This document shows, in pieces, positions 1 through 9,451 of a stretch of 64,000 bases of DNA. Position 1 is the first letter of the stretch. The number at the start of each line of letters is the position of its first letter. The notes under the pieces are model-generated. The model saw only the letters and a list, made by a program, of their open reading frames with translations. It was not told where the DNA came from and ran no database searches. Both the position numbers and the translations under genes were made by a program. Source of the stretch: Fidelibacterota bacterium (lineage in GTDB: Bacteria > Fidelibacterota > Marinisomatia > Marinisomatales > UBA1611); the NCBI GenBank assembly GCA_045568995.1, contig JBJKZY010000046.1, forward strand, positions 1,575 through 65,574, read 5' to 3'.

Positions 1-1268
1 TTATGACTTTTAGTCCAAATAGTAGCAGACAATCCATACTGAGTGTCATTCGCAATTTCAATAGCTTCTTTTTCTGATTGAAATGATTGGAGAGTAACCA
101 CAGGTCCAAAAATCTCTTCTTGGTTCAATCTACTTCTATTATCTAACCCCTCAATTACTGTAGGATCAATAAACCACCCCTTTTTGCATCTACCTTGTAA
201 TTGTATAGCATTGCCACCGAAAAGAATTTTACCATTCTCATCTTTTGCCACGTTTATATAATGCTTTATTTTTTTAAATTGACTCTCAGATGATATCGAT
301 CCAAATTGTGTTTTATCATCGATGGGATCTCCAATATTTAATTTTGAAATAGCATTGCAAAAACCAGTTTTAAATTTTTCAAATATAGAGTCCTCCACTA
401 ATATTCGAGAACTACAAAGACAAATCTGTCCTTGATTTGTAAAAGAAGATTTTACAACTGTTTTTAGCATAGATTCATAATCACAATCTGCAAAGATAAT
501 AGCCGGGTTTTTTCCACCCATTTCCAAAGATAATTTTTTAAAAGAATCAAATGAATTTTGATAAATTTGTTTACCAGTGGAAGTCCCACCTGTAAATGAA
601 ATAGCTTTTATATTTTTATTTTTTACTATTAAATCACCAGCAACTAATCCTGATCCATTTACAATGTTTAAAACACCTTTAGGAAGCCCAATATCTAAAC
701 AAATTTCAGCTAATTTTGATGCAGTCAGTGGTGTAATCTCAGATGGTTTGGCTAAAACAGTATTCCCAACAACTAGTGCAGGGGCAATCTTCCATGTAAA
801 AAGATACAGTGGCAGGTTCCAAGGAGAAATACATCCAACCACGCCCAAAGCTTGTTTAGAAACAGAATTAATAAAAAAATCACTTTCAATACGTGAATCA
901 AAATCAAATTTTTTTGAAAAATTTGCGAAAAAATTAAAATTCTTAACTGACCTTGGAATATCAACTTTTCTTGCTAAGGTAATTGGCTTACCCGTATCTC
1001 TAGATTCATATTCTGCTAAAATATTAGACCTGTTTTTTATTTCAACAGCAATTTTTTTTAGATAACCTGCCCGCTCAGCAACGGAAAGTCCAGACCAATA
1101 AGGAAAAGCATCTTTAGCAGACTCTACTGCTATTTTAATATCATGGATAGATGAATCAGCAACCTTACCATAGACTGAGCCAGTTGCAGGTTCGTATATA
1201 TCTAAATATTCTTTTTTATGGGGCTCTACAAATTCTCCATTAATAAAGTTATTTACTATTTCTAACAT
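1..1268 (-). CDS. Aldehyde dehydrogenase, ALDH8 / 2-aminomuconate (2-hydroxymuconate) semialdehyde dehydrogenase-like; C-terminus cut by window edge
   Basis: My translation of the minus strand from ATG at 1268 stays open to position 1: MLEIVNNFINGEFVEPHKKEYLDIYEPATGSVYGKV..DIPRSVKNFNFFAN..GCISPWNLPLYLFTWKIAPALVVGNTVLAKPSE..LSLEMGGKNPAIIF (catalytic Glu)..FTNQGQICLCSSRILV (catalytic Cys)..EEIFGPVV. Missing from the ORF track because it has no stop in the window; 577..1065(+) and 773..964(-) are shadow ORFs. Confidence 0.85.
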   Translation of the reverse strand, partial: MLEIVNNFINGEFVEPHKKEYLDIYEPATGSVYGKVADSSIHDIKIAVESAKDAFPYWSGLSVAERAGYLKKIAVEIKNRSNILAEYESRDTGKPITLARKVDIPRSVKNFNFFANFSKKFDFDSRIESDFFINSVSKQALGVVGCISPWNLPLYLFTWKIAPALVVGNTVLAKPSEITPLTASKLAEICLDIGLPKGVLNIVNGSGLVAGDLIVKNKNIKAISFTGGTSTGKQIYQNSFDSFKKLSLEMGGKNPAIIFADCDYESMLKTVVKSSFTNQGQICLCSSRILVEDSIFEKFKTGFCNAISKLNIGDPIDDKTQFGSISSESQFKKIKHYINVAKDENGKILFGGNAIQLQGRCKKGWFIDPTVIEGLDNRSRLNQEEIFGPVVTLQSFQSEKEAIEIANDTQYGLSATIWTKSH

Positions 1269-1298
1269 AAAATATATTGCTAATAAAATATATTCAGA

Positions 1299-2087
1299 TC
1301 AGGCACTGAACCTTCCTCCATCTACAGAGAAATTATGACCTGTTACGTAGCTTGATTCATTTGAGGCTAAAAACAAAACTGTATTTGCAATTTCATCAAC
1401 AGTTCCAATACGTTTAAGGGAAGTATTTTCAGCCCATTGATTCCGTATGTCTTCTATATCCACACCCAAAGATTTTGCCTTAGACTCTGCTAGATAATTC
1501 AATCTGTCTGTTGCAGTATATCCTGGTAAAATATTATTAACACATATTCCATTTTCTCCAAGCTCTAATGCCAAGGTCTTTCCCCACTGTGCAACACTTC
1601 CTCGAACGGTGTTCGAAACTCCTAACCCAGGAATTACCTGCTTAACAGATGTAGAAACAATATTAATTATTCTGCCTGATCCTTTCTCTTTCATTCCTGG
1701 AACAACTGCTTTAGCCATTACATGGTTACATATTAACAACCTTTCAAAAGCAACTCTAAACTCATCCTCACCTGCTTCAATTAGCGGACCTCCATGCGGC
1801 CCTCCTGAATTATTAACTAAAACATCAACCGATCTACCTAAAGAATCTATATGCATTTTTATTTTACTTTTCAGATCTAACGAATTATCAAAATCAGCAC
1901 AAACAGAATGATGTTTCTGATTGTGTTCTATATTCAATTCCGATTGCGTTTTATCTAGCTTATCTTGATTCCGGGCAACAAGAGTTATTTCACATCCTTG
2001 GTTTGCTAAAAGTAAAGCAGATGCCTTACCAATACCATCCGTACTTCCACAGATGATAGCGTGTTTATTCATTAATGATAGTTTCAT
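1299..2087 (-). CDS. Short-chain dehydrogenase/reductase, atypical BKR-like subgroup
   Basis: 262 aa; GSTDGIGKA dinucleotide motif, NNSGGP, PGYTATDR. The YxxxK position reads S-N-T-V-R (LGVSNTVRGSVAQWGKTLALEL). Its ATG overlaps the kynA stop (ATGA). Confidence 0.8.
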   Translation of the reverse strand: MKLSLMNKHAIICGSTDGIGKASALLLANQGCEITLVARNQDKLDKTQSELNIEHNQKHHSVCADFDNSLDLKSKIKMHIDSLGRSVDVLVNNSGGPHGGPLIEAGEDEFRVAFERLLICNHVMAKAVVPGMKEKGSGRIINIVSTSVKQVIPGLGVSNTVRGSVAQWGKTLALELGENGICVNNILPGYTATDRLNYLAESKAKSLGVDIEDIRNQWAENTSLKRIGTVDEIANTVLFLASNESSYVTGHNFSVDGGRFSA

Positions 2088-3172
2088 GGCTTAAATTGAT
2101 ATCCTAGGTTTTGTTTAATTTCTGCTGGTAGTTTAGGTAAAGCAGACCTGGGAATAAAAAAAGTAGAAAGATCTGCCAAATCCGAAAAAATTTTATGCTT
2201 ATCTACTGCTTCATGTAAATATTTATGTCCTGAAGACCCTCCTGTACCAATTTTAGCACCTATCATTCTTCTAACCATCAACGCATGTCTTTGTCGCCAG
2301 GAAGTAAATAATTCATCCATATCGATCAGTCTAGAAATCAGATTGAATGGTGAATGAAGGATAGGTTCATCTCGATACAATAATATTAACAGAGCAGCTT
2401 TTGTTGCCTTATGAGAGAGTCTCTTCCTACTATTTACTATTAATTCATTGTGCTTTTCCTCATCAATCATTGCCTCAAAAGATAAAACAGCATTTGCATG
2501 CTCATTTAAATGATATTCAACCTCTTTTTTTGAATAGTTTGGGTTGTTCTTTATAACAAGCTTTTCTTTTTTTAACATAGAGCGAACCGCTTTACTATAT
2601 TGTTCCCAAAAATCAAACCCCTTAAAAGACAGGAATGGTGTACGTTCCAACCAAGACTCAAGTAAATCAAAAAGTGATTTTTCTTCTTCTGAACTTTTGA
2701 CATTCGACTTCTCTTCTTCCTTAATAACAGAAGTATAGTCTTTCCCTCCATACATAATCCTATGATCATTTAAAAGCCCTAACTTGTTTTCCATTAGTCT
2801 AAACTGTGCACTCTGAAAACCAGAAGAAGGAAAAAGGTCATCTCTAAATTCTAGAAAATCCATCGGAGTCATCGTCTCTAAAACTCTTATTTGATCAATG
2901 AGAATTTTTTGTATTTCAATTATCCTGTGTAAACGCAAGACCACAAAACTAACATCTGATTCAATAATTGATTTTTGTTTAAAGATTTTAATCACTGAAT
3001 CAAGCTCATGCAAAATCTGTTTAAACCAAAGCTCATAAACTTGGTGGACAATAATAAATAACATCTCATCATGAGCAGGATTATCACGTTTAGCACTCAT
3101 TAGATCCTGACTTGATAAAATCTTTTCAAGTTTTAAATAGTCAGAATAATTCAACAATTTTTTATTTTTCAT
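2084..3172 (-). CDS. kynA: Tryptophan 2,3-dioxygenase
   Basis: 362 aa; HDEMLFIIVHQVYELWFKQILHEL, FRDDLFPSSGFQSAQFR and GTGGSSGHKYL are hallmark TDO motifs. Confidence 0.9.
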   Translation of the reverse strand: MKNKKLLNYSDYLKLEKILSSQDLMSAKRDNPAHDEMLFIIVHQVYELWFKQILHELDSVIKIFKQKSIIESDVSFVVLRLHRIIEIQKILIDQIRVLETMTPMDFLEFRDDLFPSSGFQSAQFRLMENKLGLLNDHRIMYGGKDYTSVIKEEEKSNVKSSEEEKSLFDLLESWLERTPFLSFKGFDFWEQYSKAVRSMLKKEKLVIKNNPNYSKKEVEYHLNEHANAVLSFEAMIDEEKHNELIVNSRKRLSHKATKAALLILLYRDEPILHSPFNLISRLIDMDELFTSWRQRHALMVRRMIGAKIGTGGSSGHKYLHEAVDKHKIFSDLADLSTFFIPRSALPKLPAEIKQNLGYQFKP

Positions 3173-3175
3173 ATC

Positions 3176-3553
3176 TTAATCCCATTCAAATCCAGATACA
3201 CTATCTGTTTTGGCACTTATTTCTATTATGTTGTAGTCTTGTATATCTGATATAAAATAATACAAAAATTTTGTGGTCTCCAAATCGTCCAACCAAACCG
3301 AATCAGGGAACCCAAAAGTATCTAGGACTTCCTTTTCTGATGGATTTTCTTTCAAAAACTCCCATATGTCATACTCTGACATATAGCCTAAAGTATAGAT
3401 TGTTTCTTGTTTTTCCTCACCCAAAGAATTTTTTAATGGAGGTATTAATATTGGACTTGGAGGTGGTGTAAAAACACAAGAATAGATAAAAATAAATAAA
3501 AATAGACGTAAAAACATTACCTGAAGATACCTAGAATGAATTTGTTCAATCAA
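3176..3553 (-). CDS. Hypothetical small lipoprotein, first gene of the kynA operon
   Basis: 125-aa ORF 3 nt upstream of kynA. Internal Met (start about 3517) gives MFLRLFLFIFIYSC, a lipobox-like signal; no recognisable domain. Confidence 0.5.
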   Translation of the reverse strand: MIEQIHSRYLQVMFLRLFLFIFIYSCVFTPPPSPILIPPLKNSLGEEKQETIYTLGYMSEYDIWEFLKENPSEKEVLDTFGFPDSVWLDDLETTKFLYYFISDIQDYNIIEISAKTDSVSGFEWD

Positions 3554-3565
3554 TACATTAGTTTC

Positions 3566-3587
3566 TAAAGAAAGATATCTTTCCTAG
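3566..3587. promoter_or_regulatory. 22-bp near-perfect palindrome CTAaGAAAGATATCTTTCcTAG in a divergent promoter region
   Basis: Core GAAAGATATCTTTC (3570..3583) is a perfect 14-bp palindrome; the outer CTA/TAG arms also pair, with one mismatch pair. It lies in the 83-nt spacer between the 3553(-) and 3637(+) starts. Confidence 0.4.
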
Positions 3588-3636
3588 AACCGTCAAAAGT
3601 TATATTTTTTTATCACCTTTAAAAGGAATTAACGAT

Positions 3637-4449
3637 ATGTCAAAAATCGATAAAAAAAATAGATTTTACTATGACTCCGATTTTCTTGGAAGCACTGGAG
3701 GAAGGTCATTAAGAATTTTATCTGAATATTATGGCCCTATACAGAAGCTGGACAGGAATAATGTATCCGAGACCATTGTCTTCTTTGGCTCTGCTAGAAT
3801 TCCATCTAAAGGAGAAGCAAAAGAAGCTCTTGAAAACCATTCAGATAAAACTGATATTCGAACAATTTCTAAACTAAAAATGGATCTTAAAATGAGTCGT
3901 TACTACGAAGAAGCAAGATCCCTGGCGAACAAATTCACCTCTTGGAGTAAAAACCTCAAAGATAGCAAACATCGTTACATTATTTGCTCTGGAGGAGGTC
4001 CAGGCATTATGGAAGCTGCTAATCGTGGTGCTTCAGAGGCGAATGGAATCAATGTTGGCCTTACCATCTCATTGCCTTTTGAATCTTCAGAAAATGAATG
4101 GATATCCGATGATCTGAATTTAAAATTTCATTACTTTTTCATGCGTAAATTTTGGTTCTTATACTTGGCTAAAGGATTAATTGTATGGCCAGGTGGTTTT
4201 GGAACACTAGATGAACTAATGGAATTATTAACCTTAATTCAAACTCGTAAAATTAAAAAACCTTTACCCATTGTTTTATATGGAAAGGAATTCTGGGAGA
4301 ATGTAGTTAATTGGGACTACCTTGTTGAAGTTGGAACTATATCTCCAGAAGATTTAGACTTATTTCATATTTCTGATGACGTAAATGATACTTTCGATTA
4401 TGTTACTAATTTTATAGAATCCAATGAATTAAAAGGGCCAAACTTTTGA
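3637..4449 (+). CDS. LOG-family / TIGR00730-type nucleotide 5'-monophosphate nucleosidase (lysine-decarboxylase-like)
   Basis: 270 aa; GGGPGIMEAANRGA and PGGFGTLDELMELLT motifs typical of the LOG family. Confidence 0.8.
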   Translation: MSKIDKKNRFYYDSDFLGSTGGRSLRILSEYYGPIQKLDRNNVSETIVFFGSARIPSKGEAKEALENHSDKTDIRTISKLKMDLKMSRYYEEARSLANKFTSWSKNLKDSKHRYIICSGGGPGIMEAANRGASEANGINVGLTISLPFESSENEWISDDLNLKFHYFFMRKFWFLYLAKGLIVWPGGFGTLDELMELLTLIQTRKIKKPLPIVLYGKEFWENVVNWDYLVEVGTISPEDLDLFHISDDVNDTFDYVTNFIESNELKGPNF

Positions 4450-7400
4450 TAAAAAAGATTTACCTACTTGTTTTTTCTCTTTTACTTGCACAGACCGAGC
4501 CTGTAAAGGATATCCGCGTTAATCCTCCGCGGGTGTGGGCACTTACCAATGCCATGATTCACACTGAGCCAGGTGATTCACTAAAAGATGCTACTGTGAT
4601 TATTCGCGATGGCCGAATTGATAAAGTAGGGAGATATATAAAAATTCCTCTGGATGCTTATGAAATTGATCTTGAAGGTGCCCACATATATCCTGGTTTT
4701 ATCGATGGTTGGTACGAAGTCAAAAAAGATGAAAAAATAATAAGCCCTGACGACCACTGGAATAAAAAAATTAGGGCAAACTATCGAGCAAAAGACGATC
4801 TTAAAATAAAAGAAAAGGATTTAAAATCTCTTAGAGCATTAGGTTTAACTGCTATACATATTGTTCCTCAAGAAGGCATTTTCAAAGGTAAATCTGACCT
4901 AGTTATGCTAGATAATGATTTTACATCGTTCAAAAAAGATGTCGCTCAAATTATAGAATTTAAAACAACAGGCTGGTCTGATAGAAGTTATCCAAACTCT
5001 CTTTTAGGTGTTATAGCGGTAATTCGACAAACACTACTGGATGCAAACTGGTATCAAGAATCAATTAAAATTGTTGAAAAATACCCAGAAGGGAACAAGC
5101 TTGTTCCTTTTCACCCTAGCCTAAGTCAACTGGCAGATTTTCAATTAAATAGGAAGCCCCTTCTTTTTATGACAAAAGAAGAACACGGCGCGCTACGCGC
5201 TCTAAAAATTGCGGATGAGTTCAATCTTACTCCGTGGCTTTTAGGAAGCGGATATGAGTACAGAAGAATTAATGAAATCGTAGAGCTCAATCCCTTTATC
5301 GTATTCCCTTTAGAATTTCCCTCGAAACCAAAAGTCAAAGATCCCCATATCGCTCTGCAATACTCTACGGAACAACTAAAGCACTGGGATATGGCTCCAG
5401 ATAATATTAAAAAAGTGTTTGAAAAAGGGATCCGATTTAGTTTCACTTCTGCAACACTAAAAAACAAAAAGGAATTTCGAAAAAATCTTCAAAAAATTAT
5501 TGATCGAGGTTTACCTAAGAGTGTAGCACTTTCTGCACTTACCACTTATCCAGCAGAGGCAATGGGAATCGAAAAAATAATGGGGAAAATCCAGCCTGGT
5601 TACCTTGCCAATTTGGTAGTTACAGACGGTGACTATTTTGACACCAAAAGTAGAGTAACATCTCTTTGGATGAATGGAAAAGAATACTATGTCGCAAATA
5701 AACATAAAACAGTTATAAAGGGAAATTGGGAGCTTGATATATCTGGAAAACTATATGAACTATCATTTAAAACTTCACAAAACAAAAAAGATGATAAAAA
5801 AGTGAACGTCCCTTTAAATAAAAAAGAAAAATTAATAGGAACTATTCAGGATAAAAATTTAATTGCGAACATAAGTGAAATAGAGACCTACGATACTACG
5901 ATTGAATTCAAGGCTGATGGATCCTTTTTGAATCAAGAAGGTATGCTTGCTTTTAAGGGACAGATCAGCAAAGATAAAATAATAGGGAAATTTTTTGATG
6001 GAGGTACTCAACAATCCTTTAAAGCAAAACGAGGAAAAAAAGGCAAAGATAAAAAAAGAACAAAGGAATTAAAAAGCGATACAAAACTCTTTTATCCAGA
6101 AGGCTCTTATGGTGTTGGTAAAGATCTACTTACTCCTAACGCAATTTTAATTGACAATGCTACCATATGGACCTGTGGTCCAAAAGGAGTTCTACAAGAT
6201 TGGGATATACTCTTTGTAAATGGTAAAATTGATAAAATAGCACCTGATATTAGCGTTCCTCTTGGGAGCGCTCTTACCATTGATGGAATGGGTAAACACG
6301 TAACTCCTGGTTTGATTGATTGTCATAGCCACTCCGCTGCATCTTCTATCAATGAGGGAGCACAATCTGTAACAGCAGAAGTAAGAATTCAAGATGTCCT
6401 CTACTCCGATGATATCAATATTTACAGGCAATTAGGTGGAGGATTGACTACAGCAAATATTCTACATGGTTCAGCAAACCCTATTGGTGGGCAAAATGCA
6501 GTTATTAAACTTCGTTGGGGATCTGCTCCTGATAAACTTCTTTTTAAGAATGCTCCTCAAGGCATCAAATTCGCCCTTGGTGAAAATGTAAAGCAAGCTA
6601 ACTGGCAAGGCACAGGAAGGTATCCTCAAACCAGAATGGGGGTGGAGCAAGTAATTAGGGATGCATTCCGTGCAGCACAAGACTATCGTCACACTCAAAA
6701 AACATATGAAAGAAATTCAAAGGCAAAAAAGAAAAATACACCGCCTAGAATAGATCTTGAGTTAGAGGCATTAGCCGAAATACTGGAAGGAAAAAGGCTA
6801 CTTCATTGTCACTCCTATCGCCAAGATGAAATTTGGATGCTCACCAGAATTGCTGAAGATTTTGGATTTACAATTGCAACCTTCCAACATGTTTTAGAGG
6901 GATATAAAGTAGCGGAGAGACTAGCAGAACATGGCGCTGGTGCTTCTACCTTTTCAGACTGGTGGCAATACAAATATGAAGTAATTGATGCTATACCATA
7001 CAACGGAACCATGATGGCAAAAAATAATGTTTTAGTATCTTTCAATAGCGATGACGCCGAGTTAGCACGAAGAATGAATACGGAAGCTGCAAAGGCAATA
7101 AAATATGGTGGACTCGATGAAATCGAGGCTCTCCATTTTGTAACGATCAATCCTGCAAAACAATTAAAAATTGAAAAATGGGTAGGGTCTTTAGAGGAAG
7201 AAAAAGATGCTGATTTTGTTATATGGGATGGCCCTCCTCTGTCCATTTATTCAAAAGTCCAAGAAACATGGATAGATGGCACCAGATATTGGTCAGTGGA
7301 TGAAAATGCCCAGATGGAAGACCGAGACCAGGCTCTCCGTGAAAATTTAATTAAAAAGATCTTGAATTCAACAACGCCTAATACTGGAAAAGATGTAAAA

Positions 7401-7481
7401 CCCAATGGGGAAACTCCGAACCATGGTCACAATTGCGATATAATTGACAGTGATCTTTTTAGTGGAGAATTTCTTCAATGA
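4446..7481 (+). CDS. Secreted two-domain amidohydrolase (degenerate N-terminal domain + catalytic C-terminal domain)
   Basis: 1011 aa; TTG start overlapping the LOG stop; signal peptide MIKKIYLLVFSLLLAQ. The N-domain has PGFIDGWYEV where HxH is expected. The C-domain has PGLIDCHSHSAAS (HxH), LHCHSYRQ, FQHVLEG, SFNSDDAE and a typical C-terminal DADFVIWDGPPL. Confidence 0.85.
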   Translation: MIKKIYLLVFSLLLAQTEPVKDIRVNPPRVWALTNAMIHTEPGDSLKDATVIIRDGRIDKVGRYIKIPLDAYEIDLEGAHIYPGFIDGWYEVKKDEKIISPDDHWNKKIRANYRAKDDLKIKEKDLKSLRALGLTAIHIVPQEGIFKGKSDLVMLDNDFTSFKKDVAQIIEFKTTGWSDRSYPNSLLGVIAVIRQTLLDANWYQESIKIVEKYPEGNKLVPFHPSLSQLADFQLNRKPLLFMTKEEHGALRALKIADEFNLTPWLLGSGYEYRRINEIVELNPFIVFPLEFPSKPKVKDPHIALQYSTEQLKHWDMAPDNIKKVFEKGIRFSFTSATLKNKKEFRKNLQKIIDRGLPKSVALSALTTYPAEAMGIEKIMGKIQPGYLANLVVTDGDYFDTKSRVTSLWMNGKEYYVANKHKTVIKGNWELDISGKLYELSFKTSQNKKDDKKVNVPLNKKEKLIGTIQDKNLIANISEIETYDTTIEFKADGSFLNQEGMLAFKGQISKDKIIGKFFDGGTQQSFKAKRGKKGKDKKRTKELKSDTKLFYPEGSYGVGKDLLTPNAILIDNATIWTCGPKGVLQDWDILFVNGKIDKIAPDISVPLGSALTIDGMGKHVTPGLIDCHSHSAASSINEGAQSVTAEVRIQDVLYSDDINIYRQLGGGLTTANILHGSANPIGGQNAVIKLRWGSAPDKLLFKNAPQGIKFALGENVKQANWQGTGRYPQTRMGVEQVIRDAFRAAQDYRHTQKTYERNSKAKKKNTPPRIDLELEALAEILEGKRLLHCHSYRQDEIWMLTRIAEDFGFTIATFQHVLEGYKVAERLAEHGAGASTFSDWWQYKYEVIDAIPYNGTMMAKNNVLVSFNSDDAELARRMNTEAAKAIKYGGLDEIEALHFVTINPAKQLKIEKWVGSLEEEKDADFVIWDGPPLSIYSKVQETWIDGTRYWSVDENAQMEDRDQALRENLIKKILNSTTPNTGKDVKPNGETPNHGHNCDIIDSDLFSGEFLQ

Positions 7482-8797
7482 AAAAACTGATTATTGCTCT
7501 GATTTTTTCAACAATATATGGGAACAATCAAATCCCTGGCACAGAACAAAAAAGACCAATCTTGCTTCGAGGAGGAACGCTCCATACTGTAACTGGCGAT
7601 GTTCTTGAAGAATATGACCTGCTTTTTGCTGAAGGTAAAATCATTACAATAGACGAACAGATTCAACCTTCACCGGAAACAGATGTACTTGATATTTATG
7701 GGAAACATGTAATCCCTGGTTTTATTGCTGGTTATACAAGAATCGGTCTCACAGAAATATCAGCGGTAAAGCAAACAAATGACCACTCTGAAATAGGTGA
7801 AATCAATCCAAATGTAAGAGCAAACGTAGCTTACAACCCAGACTCCGACTTAATACCAGTTACAAGATCCAATGGCGTATTAACTGTTAATTCAGCACCT
7901 ACCTCTGGAAGAATTGCAGGGCAATCTTCTGTGATGTATATGGATGGATGGACATGGGAAGATGCAACGCTTAAACATCCCAGCGCTTTAAATATAAATT
8001 GGCCATCTATGCGATTTAACTTTAGAAAAGATGCAAAGAAAAAAGAGAAGGAACAGAGAGAAGGATATAATAAAGCTGTCAGAGAGATGAATTTACTAGT
8101 CAGGGATGTTCGAGCCTACCACCATAGGAAAAATGCCAAAGAAAGAAAAGCAGAGCATAAACAAAAATCTGATCTAAGACTAGAATCCATGATCCCATTT
8201 ATAGTTTTCAAAGAACCCATTCACATTAAGGCAAACAATGTTAGACAAATTGAAGCTGCTGTAAAATGGTCTACGAAACATGACCTTAATATTGTAATCG
8301 TTGGCGGAGGAGACGCATGGAGAATATCTGAAATTCTTGTGGAGAAAAATATCCCAGTGATACTACTAGGCGTGCAAAATACACCAAGACGTAGATTTGA
8401 ACCAGTTCATACTCCATATAAAGTTCCTGCAATGCTACAAAAAGCAGGAGTGCATTTTTGTATATCCTTAGATCCTGGCTACCCTATGGATGGACATGTA
8501 AGGACATTACCAGATGAAGCTATGAGAGCAGCTTCATGGGGATTAACAAAAGATCAAGCACTTCGAGCGATCACTCTATCTGCTGCTGAAATACTAGGTG
8601 TTGATGAACAGATTGGATCTTTAGATCTTGGAAAAGATGCTACATTTTTTATTTCCGATAACGAACCTCTAACACAATCAAATCATCCCATTAAAGCTTA
8701 CATTCAAGGAAGAGAAATCGATTTATCAGATCGTCAAAAAAATCTTTGGAACAAATATAAAGAAAAATATAGACGACTAGGAAAACTTTCAGATTAA
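7478..8797 (+). CDS. Secreted amidohydrolase-fold protein lacking the HxH metal motif (probable non-catalytic partner)
   Basis: 439 aa; ATGA overlap with the upstream gene; signal peptide. PGFIAGYTRIG replaces PGxIDxHxH; amidohydrolase-like C-terminus DATFFISDNEPL..IKAYIQGREI. Confidence 0.75.
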   Translation: MKKLIIALIFSTIYGNNQIPGTEQKRPILLRGGTLHTVTGDVLEEYDLLFAEGKIITIDEQIQPSPETDVLDIYGKHVIPGFIAGYTRIGLTEISAVKQTNDHSEIGEINPNVRANVAYNPDSDLIPVTRSNGVLTVNSAPTSGRIAGQSSVMYMDGWTWEDATLKHPSALNINWPSMRFNFRKDAKKKEKEQREGYNKAVREMNLLVRDVRAYHHRKNAKERKAEHKQKSDLRLESMIPFIVFKEPIHIKANNVRQIEAAVKWSTKHDLNIVIVGGGDAWRISEILVEKNIPVILLGVQNTPRRRFEPVHTPYKVPAMLQKAGVHFCISLDPGYPMDGHVRTLPDEAMRAASWGLTKDQALRAITLSAAEILGVDEQIGSLDLGKDATFFISDNEPLTQSNHPIKAYIQGREIDLSDRQKNLWNKYKEKYRRLGKLSD

Positions 8798-8805
8798 TTT
8801 CATTT

Positions 8806-8839
8806 AGAAAACTTATTAAGATTATGCTGATAAGTTTCT
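8806..8839. terminator. Weak hairpin between convergent genes (possible bidirectional terminator)
   Basis: AAACTTAT (8809..8816) pairs with ATAAGTTT (8830..8837), plus 2-3 flanking bp after a 1-nt bulge; 13-nt loop; no clean U-tract. Confidence 0.25.
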
Positions 8840-8843
8840 AGTC

Positions 8844-8861
8844 TTAAAAAGCTATTTTTTG
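8844..8861. repeat. 18-nt exact repeat TTAAAAAGCTATTTTTTG, copy 1 (spans the TAG stop of TetR gene 8852..9451)
   Basis: Identical string at 10035..10052; both copies sit at convergent gene junctions. Confidence 0.9.
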
Positions 8862-9451
8862 GAAATGGTAGGGTCAGTTATAAGTTGATTTAAAAGTTTC
8901 TCAACGTCTTTGTCAGTAACAGGTTCTTCTCGATCCCCCATGAATACTAAACCCATAAAAAGGCCTCCCAGCGCCTTAAACATGTGATTTGGATTCACAT
9001 TGGGAAACTCGCCAGACTTCACACCATCTTCAAGTAAACCTTTTATAACACTATATAATCTCTCTTGATACTCTTTCCATGGCTGATTTTCAATTTTGAC
9101 AACTTTTGGAACATTGAATAAAAATTCAAATAGTCCTGGCCTGTTTTGCGCATTCTCAGCAATCTTTATTAAAACATTTATAAATGTTTTCCTTGGTGAT
9201 TTTTGTTCTCCGATAACGGGCTCAAGAGACTCCCAAATCTTTAACCATCCATCCAATAAAATTGCAGTCAATACATCTTCTTTTGATTTAAAATAATAAT
9301 ATAAAGTTGCCTTTCCAAAACCAGATGCATTTGCAATTTCATCCATAGTAGCGCCATCTATACCATTTTTCTTAAAAACTTGAAGAGCCCCAGATAAAAT
9401 CCGTTCCTTCCTCATTTGTCTTTCTTCTAATTGTCGTTGAGATTGTGGCAT
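8852..9451 (-). CDS. TetR/AcrR-family transcriptional regulator
   Basis: 199 aa; N-terminal HTH GATMDEIANASGFGKATLYYYFKSKEDV. Confidence 0.9.
   Translation of the reverse strand: MPQSQRQLEERQMRKERILSGALQVFKKNGIDGATMDEIANASGFGKATLYYYFKSKEDVLTAILLDGWLKIWESLEPVIGEQKSPRKTFINVLIKIAENAQNRPGLFEFLFNVPKVVKIENQPWKEYQERLYSVIKGLLEDGVKSGEFPNVNPNHMFKALGGLFMGLVFMGDREEPVTDKDVEKLLNQLITDPTISKK

Noticed and set aside
577-1065. 162-aa plus-strand ORF (and 773..964 minus) in the first kilobase.
   Set aside because: It lies antisense to a much better minus-strand frame with full aldehyde-dehydrogenase motifs that is open to the window edge. It is a shadow ORF.
1299-2087. SDR with the catalytic Tyr-x-x-x-Lys replaced by S-N-T-V-R looked like a dead enzyme.
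   Set aside because: I recall a recognised atypical subgroup (BKR-like SDR-like) with exactly this SN.xR..PGY..T pattern, so it is probably not a novelty.
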